From the NCBI GenBank assembly GCA_965644295.1, contig CBFFRP010000419.1, positions 124,001-188,000 on the forward strand: a stretch of 64,000 nucleotides of DNA, given 5' to 3'. Shown piece after piece: positions 1 to 13,650 of this stretch. The notes below the pieces were generated by a model. That model did no database searches, was not told the origin of the DNA, and saw only the letters and a list, made by a program, of their open reading frames with translations. The position numbers and the translations under genes were made by a program. The stretch's first letter is position 1. The number at the start of each line of letters is the position of its first letter. The DNA is from Paraphysomonas bandaiensis. Its lineage: Eukaryota > Protista > Chrysophyceae.

Positions 1-770
1 AGAGCGCTCCATCAATACTATTGATGGAGTTTTTAAACAGGCCCAACAATACAATTACAATATATTGCAATTTATTGTCAATGTATTGCAATATATTAGT
101 ATGACTAATCAGTAAGTAAACATATCCGTAGACTCCACTTTTAGTGTTAGTCATTAAGATCACATGACAACGAAACCAACTACTGCTTATAGCTAATAAA
201 AATCCGCCTCTTCCTCATCCTCTGAGCCATCATTGGTGAAGTCAACATCACCATATTCATCCACAGTATTAATCGAAATATGCTAGTATCCGGCCACAAC
301 TGTCGAATAGCTTTCAGAAACAACAGCATATTAAGTAGGATGGATACTATTGCGCAACACTGATATAATAATATTTTTAGCTGCGCTGAACAGACGTTCC
401 CATGTATTGGAAGTACATACCAGGGCCTGGTAACCGTTAACGACTCGTGGACCTGTACGTTTCTAAATTTTTTGAGATGACTGAAGATTTTTATTTGCGT
501 AGTCAACATTCAACATCAGCTTCATCATCCTCTGTAATGCTGTAATCAATTTCTCGGTTATTTATATCCATTTTGCACCCTACAGTTGAGAATCTTCTCT
601 TATATGACTATCATAATATTGATTGCAATATATTGCAATATATTGTGAGCTACTTTAACAGAAACAATATTGATGGGATTTTTGGCCGGTCGACCAATCA
701 ATATATTTTACAATATATTGCAATATATTGTACAATGTATTGCAATTCAATATATTGTTTCCTAGCCCTG
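1..770 (-). mobile_element. Degenerate hAT-family DNA transposon (window-truncated) with transposase C-terminal relic
   Basis: The minus strand at ~290-445 reads NGYQALVCTSNTWERLFSAAKNIII..LRNSIHP and, after a frameshift, LNMLLFLKAIRQLW. This resembles the hAT C-terminal dimerisation motif (TSNxxERLFS...LLFLKxNRxLW). The element ends in ...TTCCTAGCCCTG at 770 (a CAGGG-type terminus), with CAATATATTG subterminal repeats at 50-100 and 615-760. Confidence 0.65.
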
Positions 771-789
771 TGATGAAGCATTTTGACTA

Positions 790-972
790 TATATTGAAAG
801 TCTTTTTATTTAGCAATAGGCGTTAGAAACCTGTACCAATATAGTGGCTAGTTGAATGCTAGACATACTAGTTAGACCTCTACCCATAACTAATCAGCAC
901 AAATTCCATTATCCTACTATTTAACGCTACGGAAGCTGCTTGTGCGTCGCCGCAAGCACCAAGGTGCAACCA
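790..972. repeat. Dispersed repeat, copy A (inverted copy at ~31245-31428)
   Basis: 908-959 matches the reverse complement of 31257-31308 at 50/52 nt; weaker similarity extends to ~790 and ~31428. Confidence 0.75.
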
Positions 973-1456
973 CAAGTGTTTTGACTAATAATTTTAATTC
1001 TTTCTTTACAGCAAAACAACTTCAAGGGCTACGTGTAGGGCATAGGGCAAGGTTAATTTCAGTGTAATATCCTGTTCTAACGAAATATATCACACATTTT
1101 TCAATATGTTTTTCAATAAATTTACTGTTATAACATTTAAATAGTTACATTTTATAATATATAAATATAAGTTATGATCTCCCGTATAAATTTTAGCTGA
1201 TATCAGTGGAGGGAAAGTGATGCAAGATGGCTCACAGATAGTCAAAGGCAATCTCATTTCAGTACTTTTGATTGGCCTTTGTAGATGGTCGACACAAATT
1301 GTTAAATGAAAACATACGTAGCTTAAATACTTTCCAAGAATATGCACGCAGGCGAAAATATATTGATTTCTTTTATTTCTTATTACAAGCAAGCTTGTTT
1401 CCATTCAATGATACAAGTCAACGCAACAATTACATCAACTTAATTTTGGTGCCACA

Positions 1457-2158
1457 CTACTTCGGTTGTTCAGTTGTTGAAGCTGCAGCGGGGGTTCCCA
1501 TTTCGTCCTCAACGCGTGTGACTTCAGTGTTTGTGTAATGCAAGTCCTCCATCTTAAATTCGTACCATTTGGTAGCATATTCCTGAGCTTCTTCAACGGC
1601 CTCCCATCCCTTCTGTGCTGTTGAAAAAATGTGACACACAAAGCGACAATAATATATATAGCATACCAATGTACTCATCGGCTAATGTGATTTCGTCCTG
1701 TACTTTCTCGATCACCTCCTCTATCTGTCCCTGGTCAATGAAATCTTCAATAGTCTTAACCTACAAAATACAAGTAAATAACTACATACGACATATATAT
1801 AATTTTTCATACATCTTCAGACATCAGAACTCCTTTTTGGATGAAGTGCATCCATTCTTCCACGCTCTTGCGATACCCACAATCAGCAGGAGCTCTCTAT
1901 AACAGACTATTAACATATATATATATAATCTCAACATGTAACTACCTCCACAGATGCCAAACACTTTGATGTTAATCTCATCAGAGTATTCCTTGCATCT
2001 GTATCAACAGCAAGACCAACAATTGCTGTAGTTTGCTTGTAGGTGTTTGTTTTCAGAGTAGTAACACAATTACGAGTAACGATCTTCATAGGCTGCATAG
2101 TTATGCGTGGGTTCTTTGCCACACATGAGATTATAAGCTTCCCACCTCTTGAAAACAT
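1457..2158 (-). CDS. NDUFA5: NADH:ubiquinone oxidoreductase subunit A5 (B13), 4 exons
   Basis: Spliced exons give KQTTAIVGLAVDTDARNTL...GYRKSVE...IEDFIDQGQIEEVIEKVQDE, matching the NDUFA5 pattern, after a basic presequence-like N-terminus. Confidence 0.85.
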
Positions 2159-2750
2159 TTTAATTAATAAGTTATCGAAGTGTATGGCGTTATATATGAG
2201 TGTGTTGTTGTATATGTAAGTATGGTATGGAGAGTTATGTAGAGCAATACGTAGATGGAGTATACCACACTGCTAGACCATCGTATACCTACCTACAGCA
2301 TAGAGACTAGAGACTATAGCGGTATATGGAGGCATATAGAGGCAGGCATACACAAGCAAATGTGGTGTGTGATCGACATACACTGCTGTATACCGTATAT
2401 ACCGTATACCGTATACCGTGTACGATTCAGTAGATCGTGGTGTGGTGTGGTGTGGTGTGGCACAGCAGGTCTACCACTGGTATGGTATACCAGGACTCGA
2501 GGTACTGAAAAAGTATCAATTTTTGGTATTGTGAATATAGTAAACCTCAGTTTTATTATATAATATGCCATTTTCCTGCATAAAATTACAATATTTATGG
2601 TGGAAATAGAGCCATACATGCCGAGTACATACACTATTTACAGTATCGTTGTGTAACACGCCACACCAGTGTATGTTTGATGCCCAATGAAGCTCATTTA
2701 ACTCTTGATTATGCATTAAAACATATATATACATTGCATTGATCAACCTA

Positions 2751-3432
2751 ATGTCATTATTTTCTAATTTAGTGAAACGATCCAGGCCAGTGCCTGCATT
2801 GCTACGATCACTATGCAACTCTGCATCCCCCTCATCGTCTCATACTATATCGCAGCCTATTATCGAGGCTGGTAAAAGAAATATTGATCAAAGCCCATGG
2901 AAAGTCAATTTTTTGGTCAAATTGGTACTAATTATGTATGTTAATGCATTTCGATACAACTAATAGCGTTATAGGTGCGAAATAAGTGGGTACCTGATGC
3001 ACTTGCACAGCTAAAGTTTTCCCCAAAACATAAAGCTAGAGACGTAGCCAAAATATTAAATGTATTCGATTTAGTATTTCAATTTATATGGATTTAATAT
3101 TTGTTCAGAGAGCTGTTTCGTTAGCGAGTATGAGGCACGATGCTATTCCAGAGGAGCTATGCGTTCATGAGATTGCAGTTACTAAAGGCAATGTCAAGAA
3201 GCAATTAACAATCATGGGCCGAGGAAGGGCTGGATTTGGTTACAAGCGATGGTGTCACGTAAATCTGAAAGTAAAAGTGATCAACTTTGACGAAATGATC
3301 TTGACAGCGAAAACGAAGAACCAGAAGGAGACGTGGATAAAGCGCAAAGAACTCGTGCGGTCTATTAAAGAAACAGGTAGACCTCAATACATTATTGATG
3401 GTAAGAAGAAAGACAAAGCAATGGCGGAGTGA
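2751..3432 (+). CDS. MRPL22: Mitochondrial ribosomal protein uL22, 3 exons
   Basis: Exons give SPWKVNFLVKL|VRNKWVPDALAQLKFSPK...ILN|RA...GRGRAGFGYKRWCHVNLKV, the bacterial-type L22 motifs, with a presequence-like N-terminus. Confidence 0.85.
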
Positions 3433-5110
3433 GAGTAGACTATAGCATTGTTCACAATTAGTGGTATTCCAGGCTTCCGCTCTATATGTGTTCTTGACTC
3501 TGCACCCAACACCGTACTAGCGCACCACAATGATCTGCACATACGCACACAATGATGTAATTAAGATACCTAAAATTAAGCATAGTGTATGCGATCAAGA
3601 GCTATAAACATTTTATTACCACTATTATATTCGTGGGTGGTTTCTGGAGCAGCTTTGTGTAAAAACACAGCCGAAGTATGATAAATTGCTGAATATGAAC
3701 TATGAAAGCGTAATATTTTACTAGCTGCTAGTACTTAGCACTATCTCCGACAACATTTATATTCCCTTGGTAATAATGATGATGCAGTGTCCAATATTTT
3801 TGGAAAGTAAGGATAATATTTAAGCACGATTAATTCATTATTGACAGTTATGCAGTATACATTAGACACACCAAGTCAATTAATGATTAATACAGTGCTG
3901 TTTTATGAGTTGAGTTGTCTTACACTATGAACAATACCTGATATTAAATGTTGCTGGTGAGTTGTAAAATAGAAGTATTGCCTAAGTTTGGAATTGGAAT
4001 TACAATATTTTAAATAATTCACCATATAGACTTTAGGCTTTATGTTTCATTGCTTGCTTCTGAATTAGTAGAAAACATGTCAGCTTTGTCTGAGCACTTA
4101 GTTTGAATTAACCCTATCTATCAACACAGTTGATTAAGAGGGCAAATCCTCTGTTCTGCACATAGATAAACATTATAATTAATATATGAAGGCTACTTTT
4201 ACAGAGTAACACATCAGTGCGTGCTACTTTCAATCGCAATAGCATCTAGTGCACTTTGGACAACTGAATGTTGATACCCATTCACAAATCTTCATGATTA
4301 ATAGAGTCATCCACATCTTGCTCAAGTAGTCTGTACTGGAGATACTCTAATAATGATTATAGCCCCCCTTGCCTACTGCACACTCCTCTTGCCATGACTT
4401 GCAGTGACTGGCACCTTCATTTAAAGAATATCTTGGGTCGTTGAAAAAACACAGTATTATCACACGCTAAAGTCTATTTATAACGTGCGATATATAAACA
4501 GTGGTAAGCATGCTTGCAGAAGAAACTGCAGCATTGATGCAACTATATACTCACCATATGTATGAACTTGTGCTGAAAATAACTCATGTCAACCACAAAC
4601 CAGTGAGCAGTAATTGTTCAGGTCCATATACGTGAGGGCGATCTCTAGATCTCATTTGGTGCACCAAGAACAGAGCATGTGAGGAGGAGGCAAGCAGCCA
4701 AATCTTACTAGCTACGAACGATATACTGTATACTGTATATACTATCATAAAAAACCCGATTTTGCTTAGATTTCCAGATATTCAGTATTGTGCTACAGAA
4801 ATCTAAGAATAATTTCCAGTAATTTTAGTCATGGTGGACAGTTGGTTGTACGTACAGCAGTACAATACTTATATATGCAACAGTACGACAGTACGAGCGA
4901 TGTCATACACACAGCAGTGCAGAGGTACAGTGTAAATGTACATCACTACCATAGAGCATGGGGACAGCAGTACACCAAGCTACATAGAGCAGTACACCAT
5001 ATACGATACATAGGAATGCACAGGTACGCATATCTGATATGTACATACATACATACACACATACATTAATGCAACCCACTCACTCTTAACCAGTCCAATA
5101 CACAAGCATT

Positions 5111-8100
5111 ATGCTATCCGATTTATTTTACGATGATGACGAAGATAACAATCAGTCATCAGAAGGCAGACATGTCTCACAAGGGAGTCAGGTATTAACA
5201 GCTAATCTCATACTTCACAAAATATTGACTATTATAACTTAATTTTTAATAATAATGCCTGTTTTTAGATCAGAAAACCCCCTCCTTGTCGTGGAAATTG
5301 TCAGTTTGTGGGATTAGAGAACCAGTAAGTGTATCTAATGGATGGGATTCCGTTAATAGAACCACAGGGGTGCAACATGCTATCTGAATTCACTCATACA
5401 GGCGATGTATATGACACCAGAGCTACGTCAGGGTTTGTTTCGTATAGATCCAGTGGATTTAGGCTATACACAGACACTAGAAGATGGGCCTGAGACTGCT
5501 GAGAAGGAGGGACCCAATGAACAGATAGTAGAGCAACTTATGGCGATGGGATTTACCCACCCCAGGGCCTATCGAAGCGTTGCTAATAGTGGTAGTGCCG
5601 GGTTTGATCAAGCCCTCGAGTATGCGCTAGAGCATGCATCTGATGGACTTCTAGATGCTCCTCTAGAGGTCAAGGAAGATGAATCAGGGGGGAAGAAGAA
5701 GCGTCGGAAGCCACGACTGATTCCACTAGAGCTCCAACATTTGTTTACAAAAATGCAACTTCTAGATTGCGCCACACTATCAACTGAAGATCTAACTACG
5801 AAGGGATTTCAATGGCAAGGAATGGATGGCAGAGTGCAACACGATGTGCATGAATTGAACAGGTGAAGAGTCATGAACTGAGTAGTTCCGTTGTGAGTGA
5901 ATTGCACTCTATGTGCGGTCTTTTCTTCTGTTGTATTCCAATACTCATATCAATTGGTATAAACATTGCACAGATTGCTAATTGATGCCTTGGAGAAATC
6001 TCTTAAAAACACTCCCATGGGTGGGGATCGTTTGTGTCAACAACTCTATCAAGGTGCTGTATCTATGAAGTTGTACTTCATTGCTAGTTGATGCTGAAAT
6101 CAGGTACCTTGGCGAACCAAACGTGTTGCCTCTCATGTGAAGGTGTAACGGAGCGGGAAGAGCATTATTATGACCTGCTTCTCCAGGTTACAGGGTGCAC
6201 GGATATGGCACAGTCGCTACGTGCCTACACTGCCCCTGAACTTCTTCAGGGTTCGAACCAGTATGCATGTGACTCATGCGGATGCAAGAGGGATGCACAT
6301 CGGCGGGTGGCTATCAAGAGTGTTCCACCGCTACTTAGTGTGTCCTGTCAGAGGTTTGATATCGATCGTAGCACTTGGCAGCGGGTGAAAGTCACTACGA
6401 TGAATGAATTTCCTGTTGCAATGGTGAGCGATTGAACATAATATGCCGTCTGGTAGTGACGTTTGCGACTGCAGGACATGTCTGCTTTTATGGATGGATC
6501 AGAAGGGGTTGCTGATCCGGTGTCTACTGTGGAAGAGGAGCGGGAGAAATGCAGAGGGTTGAGGTCAACCATGACTTGGCTTCATGATCTTCATCGTGCA
6601 GCAACTGACCAGGCGCAGCGCCTACTTGATCGTTATGGAACTGACGTAGATCTCGGAAAGATCATGGAGGACGAAGATGAGCGGCACCAGTTGGCGAGTG
6701 TAATGATGCCTCGTGGAAATGGAGGAGGGAAAAGCGACATGCAGTACAACCTATTTGCAGTCATCATGCATCATGGCTCGGCATATTCTGGTCATTATTC
6801 AGCGTATATTAGAGACTGCTCGAGGGAAGGAAAATGGAGCGCACCGACAACTAGTCGTCAGACATATAATGGGGGAAGCAGCTCTAAAACAGAGGGGGTC
6901 AAGAACCAAGTTGATGAGAGGGTGTGTTATATTCAAACCAGACCAGGACAGTTGCTTGTTAGAGAAGACTCACCTCTCAATGTGCTACTTAGCATTATAC
7001 ATACACATGGAGAGTGTGGGACGACTTCGCGGAGAAATCCTATACCTGTAAATGCGCCAACTATGCAGGTAGTCATATTATCTGTTGATATATTTTGTTT
7101 TTTACAAGCGATTCAGATATCTGTATTGGGTGGGTGCATCAAACGCAATCTAGGGAAGAACTGGAACCAAGTATATCAAGGCACTCATGGCACTCTAGTT
7201 GAATTTATTAAGAAGCATTCTATATTCTTCACTCTCAGCAGCAACAACACTACTGTTTCGCTTAAGGACGTGAGATATGCTGCTTCGGGTCGGAATGACT
7301 TCGAAGCTGCAGTTTGTAAGGCTTGTGTGAATACTTCTACTGCTGTAGATGAAGTGATACATGAGAATGAATCTAGTTCAGAGCTCTCGGACGCCATGTT
7401 GGCTCAGCAGCTGCAAGATCAAGAGAATGAATCCGCTCGATCACTCCCGGTTTCCACTGAAGAAAATGAGACACCCGGTCAGGAATGGCAAACAAAGAAA
7501 AAGAAGTCACGTAAACAGCGGAGCAAGGATGCAGCAAAGGCTGCAGCGAAGGCATCAAGGTCACCCACCACGTCTGGTAGTCAAAGTACTGTTGGTAGCT
7601 CCTGTGATATCGTAGATGTCAGTGAAGGGGGGTCATCTTCAGTATGTAGAAATGGTGAGTCAAGTAGGAAAGCTGAAGAAAAGCAAAGTAAGGACGAAAA
7701 GAAAGCGGAGAATGCTGTGGAGGCCCTGGCACAACTAATTCTCAACGAGTTTCATGGTCCATTTTTTTGCTTTAACGACAGTGAGGTACGCCCAGTATTT
7801 TTAACGGACATTGCAAGCGCATTTGAAGGTCGCAGTAGCGCATACTTGCTGATTTATCGACGAACTGATATGTCACTTGACAGCAGCGAAGTACCAATAC
7901 AGGTTGCACCACCGATGATATGGAAAGAGAAAGTGGAAGCAGCTAACCAGATTCTGCGAAAGCAAAGAGTGGACTTCGATAAAATGATGAAATCTGTGCG
8001 TATCAAAGTTTTCTTTCCATGTCATCTTACCTCTATATGGCCGTGTGTGAATGTTCGTCATTTTTCGGACCTCAATGGTGTCGTTCCAGAGACTATTGTC

Positions 8101-10979
8101 AAGGGACTAGAGATAGAGTGTGATGTTGGGTGGAGTATAAGACATCTATGCTCTAAGATTCATGAAATCTTAGAAAATGAACATGGGACACAAGTATTTG
8201 GTATGTTAGGATTGGATTCGGGTGATGTAGCTCTCAGTGTTATGCGCCCCTCTACCTCAGTATCCTCTGAAAATATAGAGGGGAGTAGATACTCAATATC
8301 TCCTGTACTCTCCATGTGTAGTGCAGCTGGTGACGTCTTGTCACACCCTTGCACTGCGCTACTGTGGTGCGACAAGAGTTTACCGGATGGTAGTGGCTGC
8401 CTTGAACTCTTATCTGTTGCTCCGAAAGATCTGCGGGTGACATTTGAATCTGGTGAATTACAAGGTCTTGAGTCAATAGATACAAGTGCACCATGTGACA
8501 CGACAATCACGGATCTGTGCCGACATGCATCGCGGATCACTGGTTGGTCTCTTCCGCAGGTTCAAATCCACTTGATGCAGCAAAGACAGGTGCTTCATAA
8601 TACCAAGCATCATGGTGGAAAGCAGAAAGAGTACTACGCAACCCCTTTGTGGAAAGCCAACAAGCCATCCCGTTCTGTTGAGGCCGGAATAACGTATGGT
8701 ATTTTGGATGGTGACGAAGTTGTCGTTGAGTTTGTGGGAAAATCGAAACCTGGAATGGGGGGGACAGCTAACCGTGAGGTTATACGACGCAATAGACTGA
8801 GAACAATACGTGTGGACCTGGACTACAATGGTAGTATCACGCAACTACACAAAGAGTATAATCTCGAGGTCGAACAAAGACTTGGTGATGCATCAGTTGA
8901 CGGGACAAACGATTCTCTGGAAACCGTAGAGAACAAGAGCGACTCGCTATTAAAAAACACCGTGAAGGTATATTAGCGTCGTAGATCATTCTTTTTTTGT
9001 TGACTGTTACGTGGGCACAGGTGGATATTGACTTTGGTGCCTCCATTATGCAGTTGAAGTTACTTGCTCTAGAGAAGTTCGGACTGAATAAAATGCTGGC
9101 TGACAGATCACGATTGCGCAGTGGGCATAATAAAGGTACTGATAATAATGAAAGGTGTATACATATTGATACAAGTTATTTTTATAGGAGACGGGCTGTT
9201 GACCAATGAGTCTCAATCTCTCCAGGAGGCTTCTCTACGTGATGGCTGCTCTGTAGCTCTCGAATTGGTACCCCTTCCGGTGGACGATAAAGTAGTGCTG
9301 CGATTTTGTGAAGTTGTTGGCAACGACCGAAGCACGAAGCATAACCCGCAGATACCTGGTGTGCGCAGTGATGAGATGAGTGCTGAGGTATCTACAAGCA
9401 GTACACTACGGGATATGCGGGAGCACATGCTTGGACTTATTGATGTGCGAAGAGCTGAAGATGAGACCCGAATGCGACTGACTAATTGGGCGGGAGAATG
9501 TGGGGAGTTAGTTGAAGAAACTATGGGAAATACAGGGGAAGATATAACAGTCTCCCAGGCACTTGAAGAGGGTGTGTTCAAGTCTGGGGATTTAATTCTT
9601 ATCGAGGAGGGCAAGGTTCCTGCAAAGGGTATGATGCATGTGACGGTACGCGAAACCCATGTTCTGCTCTGGTCGTAAAGCTTACTCTGAAATGTAGGTC
9701 TTTCTCTGGCGAACTGATATGACACTTCCTGCGAGGGCTGAGACATTAATTGACTCTATTCCTGATGACACGATATCGAAATTCGGTGAAATTAGGAAAA
9801 TGGAGGACATACATCCTGCTCGCCGTGAGAAGCTAGCCATGCTGGAACCACTTGGTGTAGTTGATTGCCATGAAGATAGCACCATGAATTCTCTATACGA
9901 GAGCGTTCTACAATTAGTAAATGAACTTAGGTCCTCTGAAGACTGCGCAGTAAGAATGGAATGTAAGAATCTTGTTACTTTAGTGCTGTGATAATAGGAA
10001 TGATATCATCTTATTTCATCGTGTAGTGCCAGAGAGCACTGATAGATTACTTCTCCGGGAGTTACGTGACGACCTTCTTCCTGGCGTAGCGTATTTTACT
10101 GTACCCCCAAAATCTGCAACCGTGACTGACTTGTCTACTATTGGTGTCGGTGGGAAAAAGGGTAGTGCAAAGAAGGCTTCTCAAGGAACTGGTCCTCCTG
10201 GAGAGAAAAGTTTGCGAAAGTCTGGTTTGCGCTCAGATGAAAATGGAGAAATACGACTGGTAGTACAATGTTTAGATCGTTCACAGGATTCGATTGGTGC
10301 TCCTTCAACAGGGGAGTTCTCTATATGGGTATCTACCATTTCTCCTACGTACGATGGAAATGGAAATCAGGTGATTTTTATTCTTTCGATTTGGCGGTGA
10401 CTGTATGCCTAAAGTGTACTGTCTTTGTGTACTGCATAATGTGTTGCCTTTCTTATGAGTTTGTTTGACTGTTAGACATCCATTGATTTCCCTTCCTGGC
10501 CCCCTTCAGAGGTGATGTTTTCTGGGTACGGTAGCACTCCATCTTTAGCATCTCTGAAGCGTCATATGAGTTCATTGTACCAAATTCCGTTCGAGGAAAT
10601 TGTCATTTTCAAGTATTTGCATCACAATTGGAACTGGTTGGCACTGAAGCCTGGAATGAAGAGCCTCACAAAAAGAGGAAAGAAGGCAACTGGAAATGGG
10701 AAGATGGAAAATATCCTCGTAGCACCTTATAGTTTCAGATACGGGGATCTGATTGGTGTTTGTGATCTAAGAGCTTGTCAGGGAAAGGAAGTGGATGACT
10801 TAGTAGTTGATAGGGAGGAAGATATCTATTGTAGATGGATGAAGAATGAAAAAGATAAAGAGAAAAGGGTCATGAAGGCTAATAACTTAAAGGGTGGGAA
10901 GAAGAAACAAATAGTTGAAATATCATTGAGATTTGGTGGTGATTTAGACTTTTCAGATGATGATGTTTCTGACTCGTAA
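5111..10979 (+). CDS. Ubiquitin-specific protease, USP40-like, multi-exon
   Basis: Cys box GLENQ|GATCYLNSLIQ, QHDVHELNR, CxxC pairs and His box HHGSAYSGHYSAYIRD are present. The N-terminus MLSDLF and RLIPLELQHLF resemble USP40. Ubiquitin-like segments appear to follow the catalytic domain. Confidence 0.85.
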
Positions 10980-13650
10980 CCAATGATATTATAATGCCAG
11001 AGTGCCGCAGTGTTGTGATGTGTATTTATATCCCAGGCGCGTGTGAGTGCTCTTATCTGTTACGATTCATCAAACTACCTACCCTGACTGGTGTTGCGAC
11101 ACGAAGACACTCGCCACATACTTTGGCTAGCTGCTGAAACCAATACAGAACATCAGCAGTGTGTGCAATTTCATATCGCTCCAATTATATCACAATAAAA
11201 AATATATGTACAATCTCATAAACTCCAATTAAACATTTCTATCCCCTCCCCTGCTCCTCTGTAGAAGAATTATTCTCATTTAATAGTTCGGCACGTTGTA
11301 ATAGTTAACATGTCGAGGATTTTCTTTATAGTTTACCTGATCATGTTCCTAAGATTCCTGAATTCACAAACTATTGATATTGATAAAACAGCTTGCATCA
11401 TCTCATGTCTAATATCTCAAATGTCTCAAGTGTGTTCTAGTAGGTAGTAGAGTATTAGAAACAGAAGTTCAATGACGCAATGTCATCAAAAACTATATAT
11501 ATTTAATATTTGCAAGGCTGGAGAAGTTTACTGAAAGCATCTAAGTTTGATATCTATTCTGACAGAGATGTGTATTACTCAGTACATATTGCTTCTTTTT
11601 TCTTATAATACAATCACTGAACAGTGAACTACGTTTGGAGTATCTTTGTATATGCACGCCAGCTCAAACAGTACTCTATACCTCTACACATGTATCTATG
11701 TACAGTAATTCTCTTAATATAATATATATATCATAGTGATAAGAAGAAACATCTGAACGATAAATGCATACAATAGTAGAGAGTTTTTGGAGCTCGGTTG
11801 AAAGTGAACCAAACAAGTATGAGTGCAAAGTCTGTTGGGTAGATGACAAATTAAGATTCTGAATAGTTACAACAATTTAAAGAACCACACAGTAACACAT
11901 GATCAGTGGGAAGAGTCAATTAAGAAGTATTTGGGCTGTCTTCACTACCGGTGATGTGTTGCTGTGTGGTTCTTTAAATTGTTGTAACCATTACGAATAT
12001 TAGAGTGTATACAATAGTGAGGTGCATTGTGTGGATGGTGAGAGTGATTTGTGTATAGTGTAGCTCATATTGTGATGTAAACAGAAGATACGACATCCGG
12101 CCGGTAGAGGTCACAGTGAAGTATGTGTAATACGATAAAATTATGTGTTGTATTGACAGCTTATATTCCACTATACGTGATAGAAAAAAGCTTAGTTGTG
12201 ACCCTATATAGCATATTCTATACACATATAACGTTCATGCACATGCAGGTATTATCTCTGCACTCTTTTATAATATCATACATATCCATCATTAGTACTC
12301 CCTCTGGTAAGAACGTTGGCACGGGTAGCCCCCAAGGGTTCCTTTGAGTGCGATTGCTTCAAGTAAAGCACAAGGACTCATACTCTACCGATAGAAACAG
12401 TATACTGTGGCATGAAAACCCAGGGCTTCCTATAAAGTTTTTTTATTGATGCAAATCATTTTCGTATAACGGAGGTTGTCATGCCACAATACTCGTGCAT
12501 TACAATTTTCAGATGTTAATAACAGACAAAAATAGGGGTGTAGCTCTAATGAAGATATGCACTTTTCTAAAACTAGGAAGCCATGCAACAACAAGGATAT
12601 TTTAAAGAAAATTCCAGGAATATTCCACAGCAGCGGAGCGCAACCTATGCATGACAATGTCTATTGTCCATCCCCATAGACAAGAGAATAGAAAAAATGC
12701 AATGGTAACATGTATGGTGAGAGAGAAAGATGTCGAGAAGGATAAGAGACGATCTAGATGAAGTATCTGCCCATCTAGTGCAATTAACTGACTCATATAT
12801 CCCTCTGTTGCTACATTGATCCACTCTCACACTCCCAGTCGTCAATCATACGAGTGGGTGATCTACGAGCAAATGGAAAGCATTTTAATGATCGACAGTG
12901 TACGTTAGTTGCAATTGTATAGCAACTCATTGCAAGGATTGCTTGATGAGACTGATACACCCACCGCTTTGCATGTACAGTATATCAATATATAAAAATA
13001 CCATATTTTTATAAATTAAAACATCTAAATTCTACTTGAATTTCATATGAATCCACAACAATATGCGAATTTGTATATTTAAAATCATATACATTATTGT
13101 GCAGAATCATATAAATACCCTATTTCTAATCAAAAGTATCATTTTTGTTTTTGGAAAGTCCTTATTTCTACGATTTTATAACTACTGTTGTATAGAGTAC
13201 GGAATACGGTGCATCGCCAATTTATGCTGTCATGTGTACCTATGAAGATGGTACTACAGCACACATCAGCAGTACAGTACTACTTATTTTATATAGCAGA
13301 AGATACCATTATGTACTTATATAGTTGGTGTTACCTGTACTGATCTACTGCTGTAGGTGTACAATGTATGGTCGTTGAGTATCATACATGAGCGACAAGT
13401 ACATACACAGACTTGCTTTCTGTCATTGCCAGTGCAGAGGATCCAACATATACCACAGTCATTACCAGCCCACCACCTTATCAATCTGATAATTGCATCA
13501 TATTAATCATCATTCAGTCATATACAGTACTTCTCTACCTTACATCCCGTACATACATACATACATACACCACCCACACAGCCTCCATTACATACATATG
13601 ATGCATAACACACACCATATGAATCAGATAAGACTCTCATAGCCAATAGA

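Noticed and set aside
12300-12960. Possible retroelement or pseudogene relic (ARVLWHDNLRY on the minus strand)
   Set aside because: One weak motif in stop-riddled frames, with no supporting domains.
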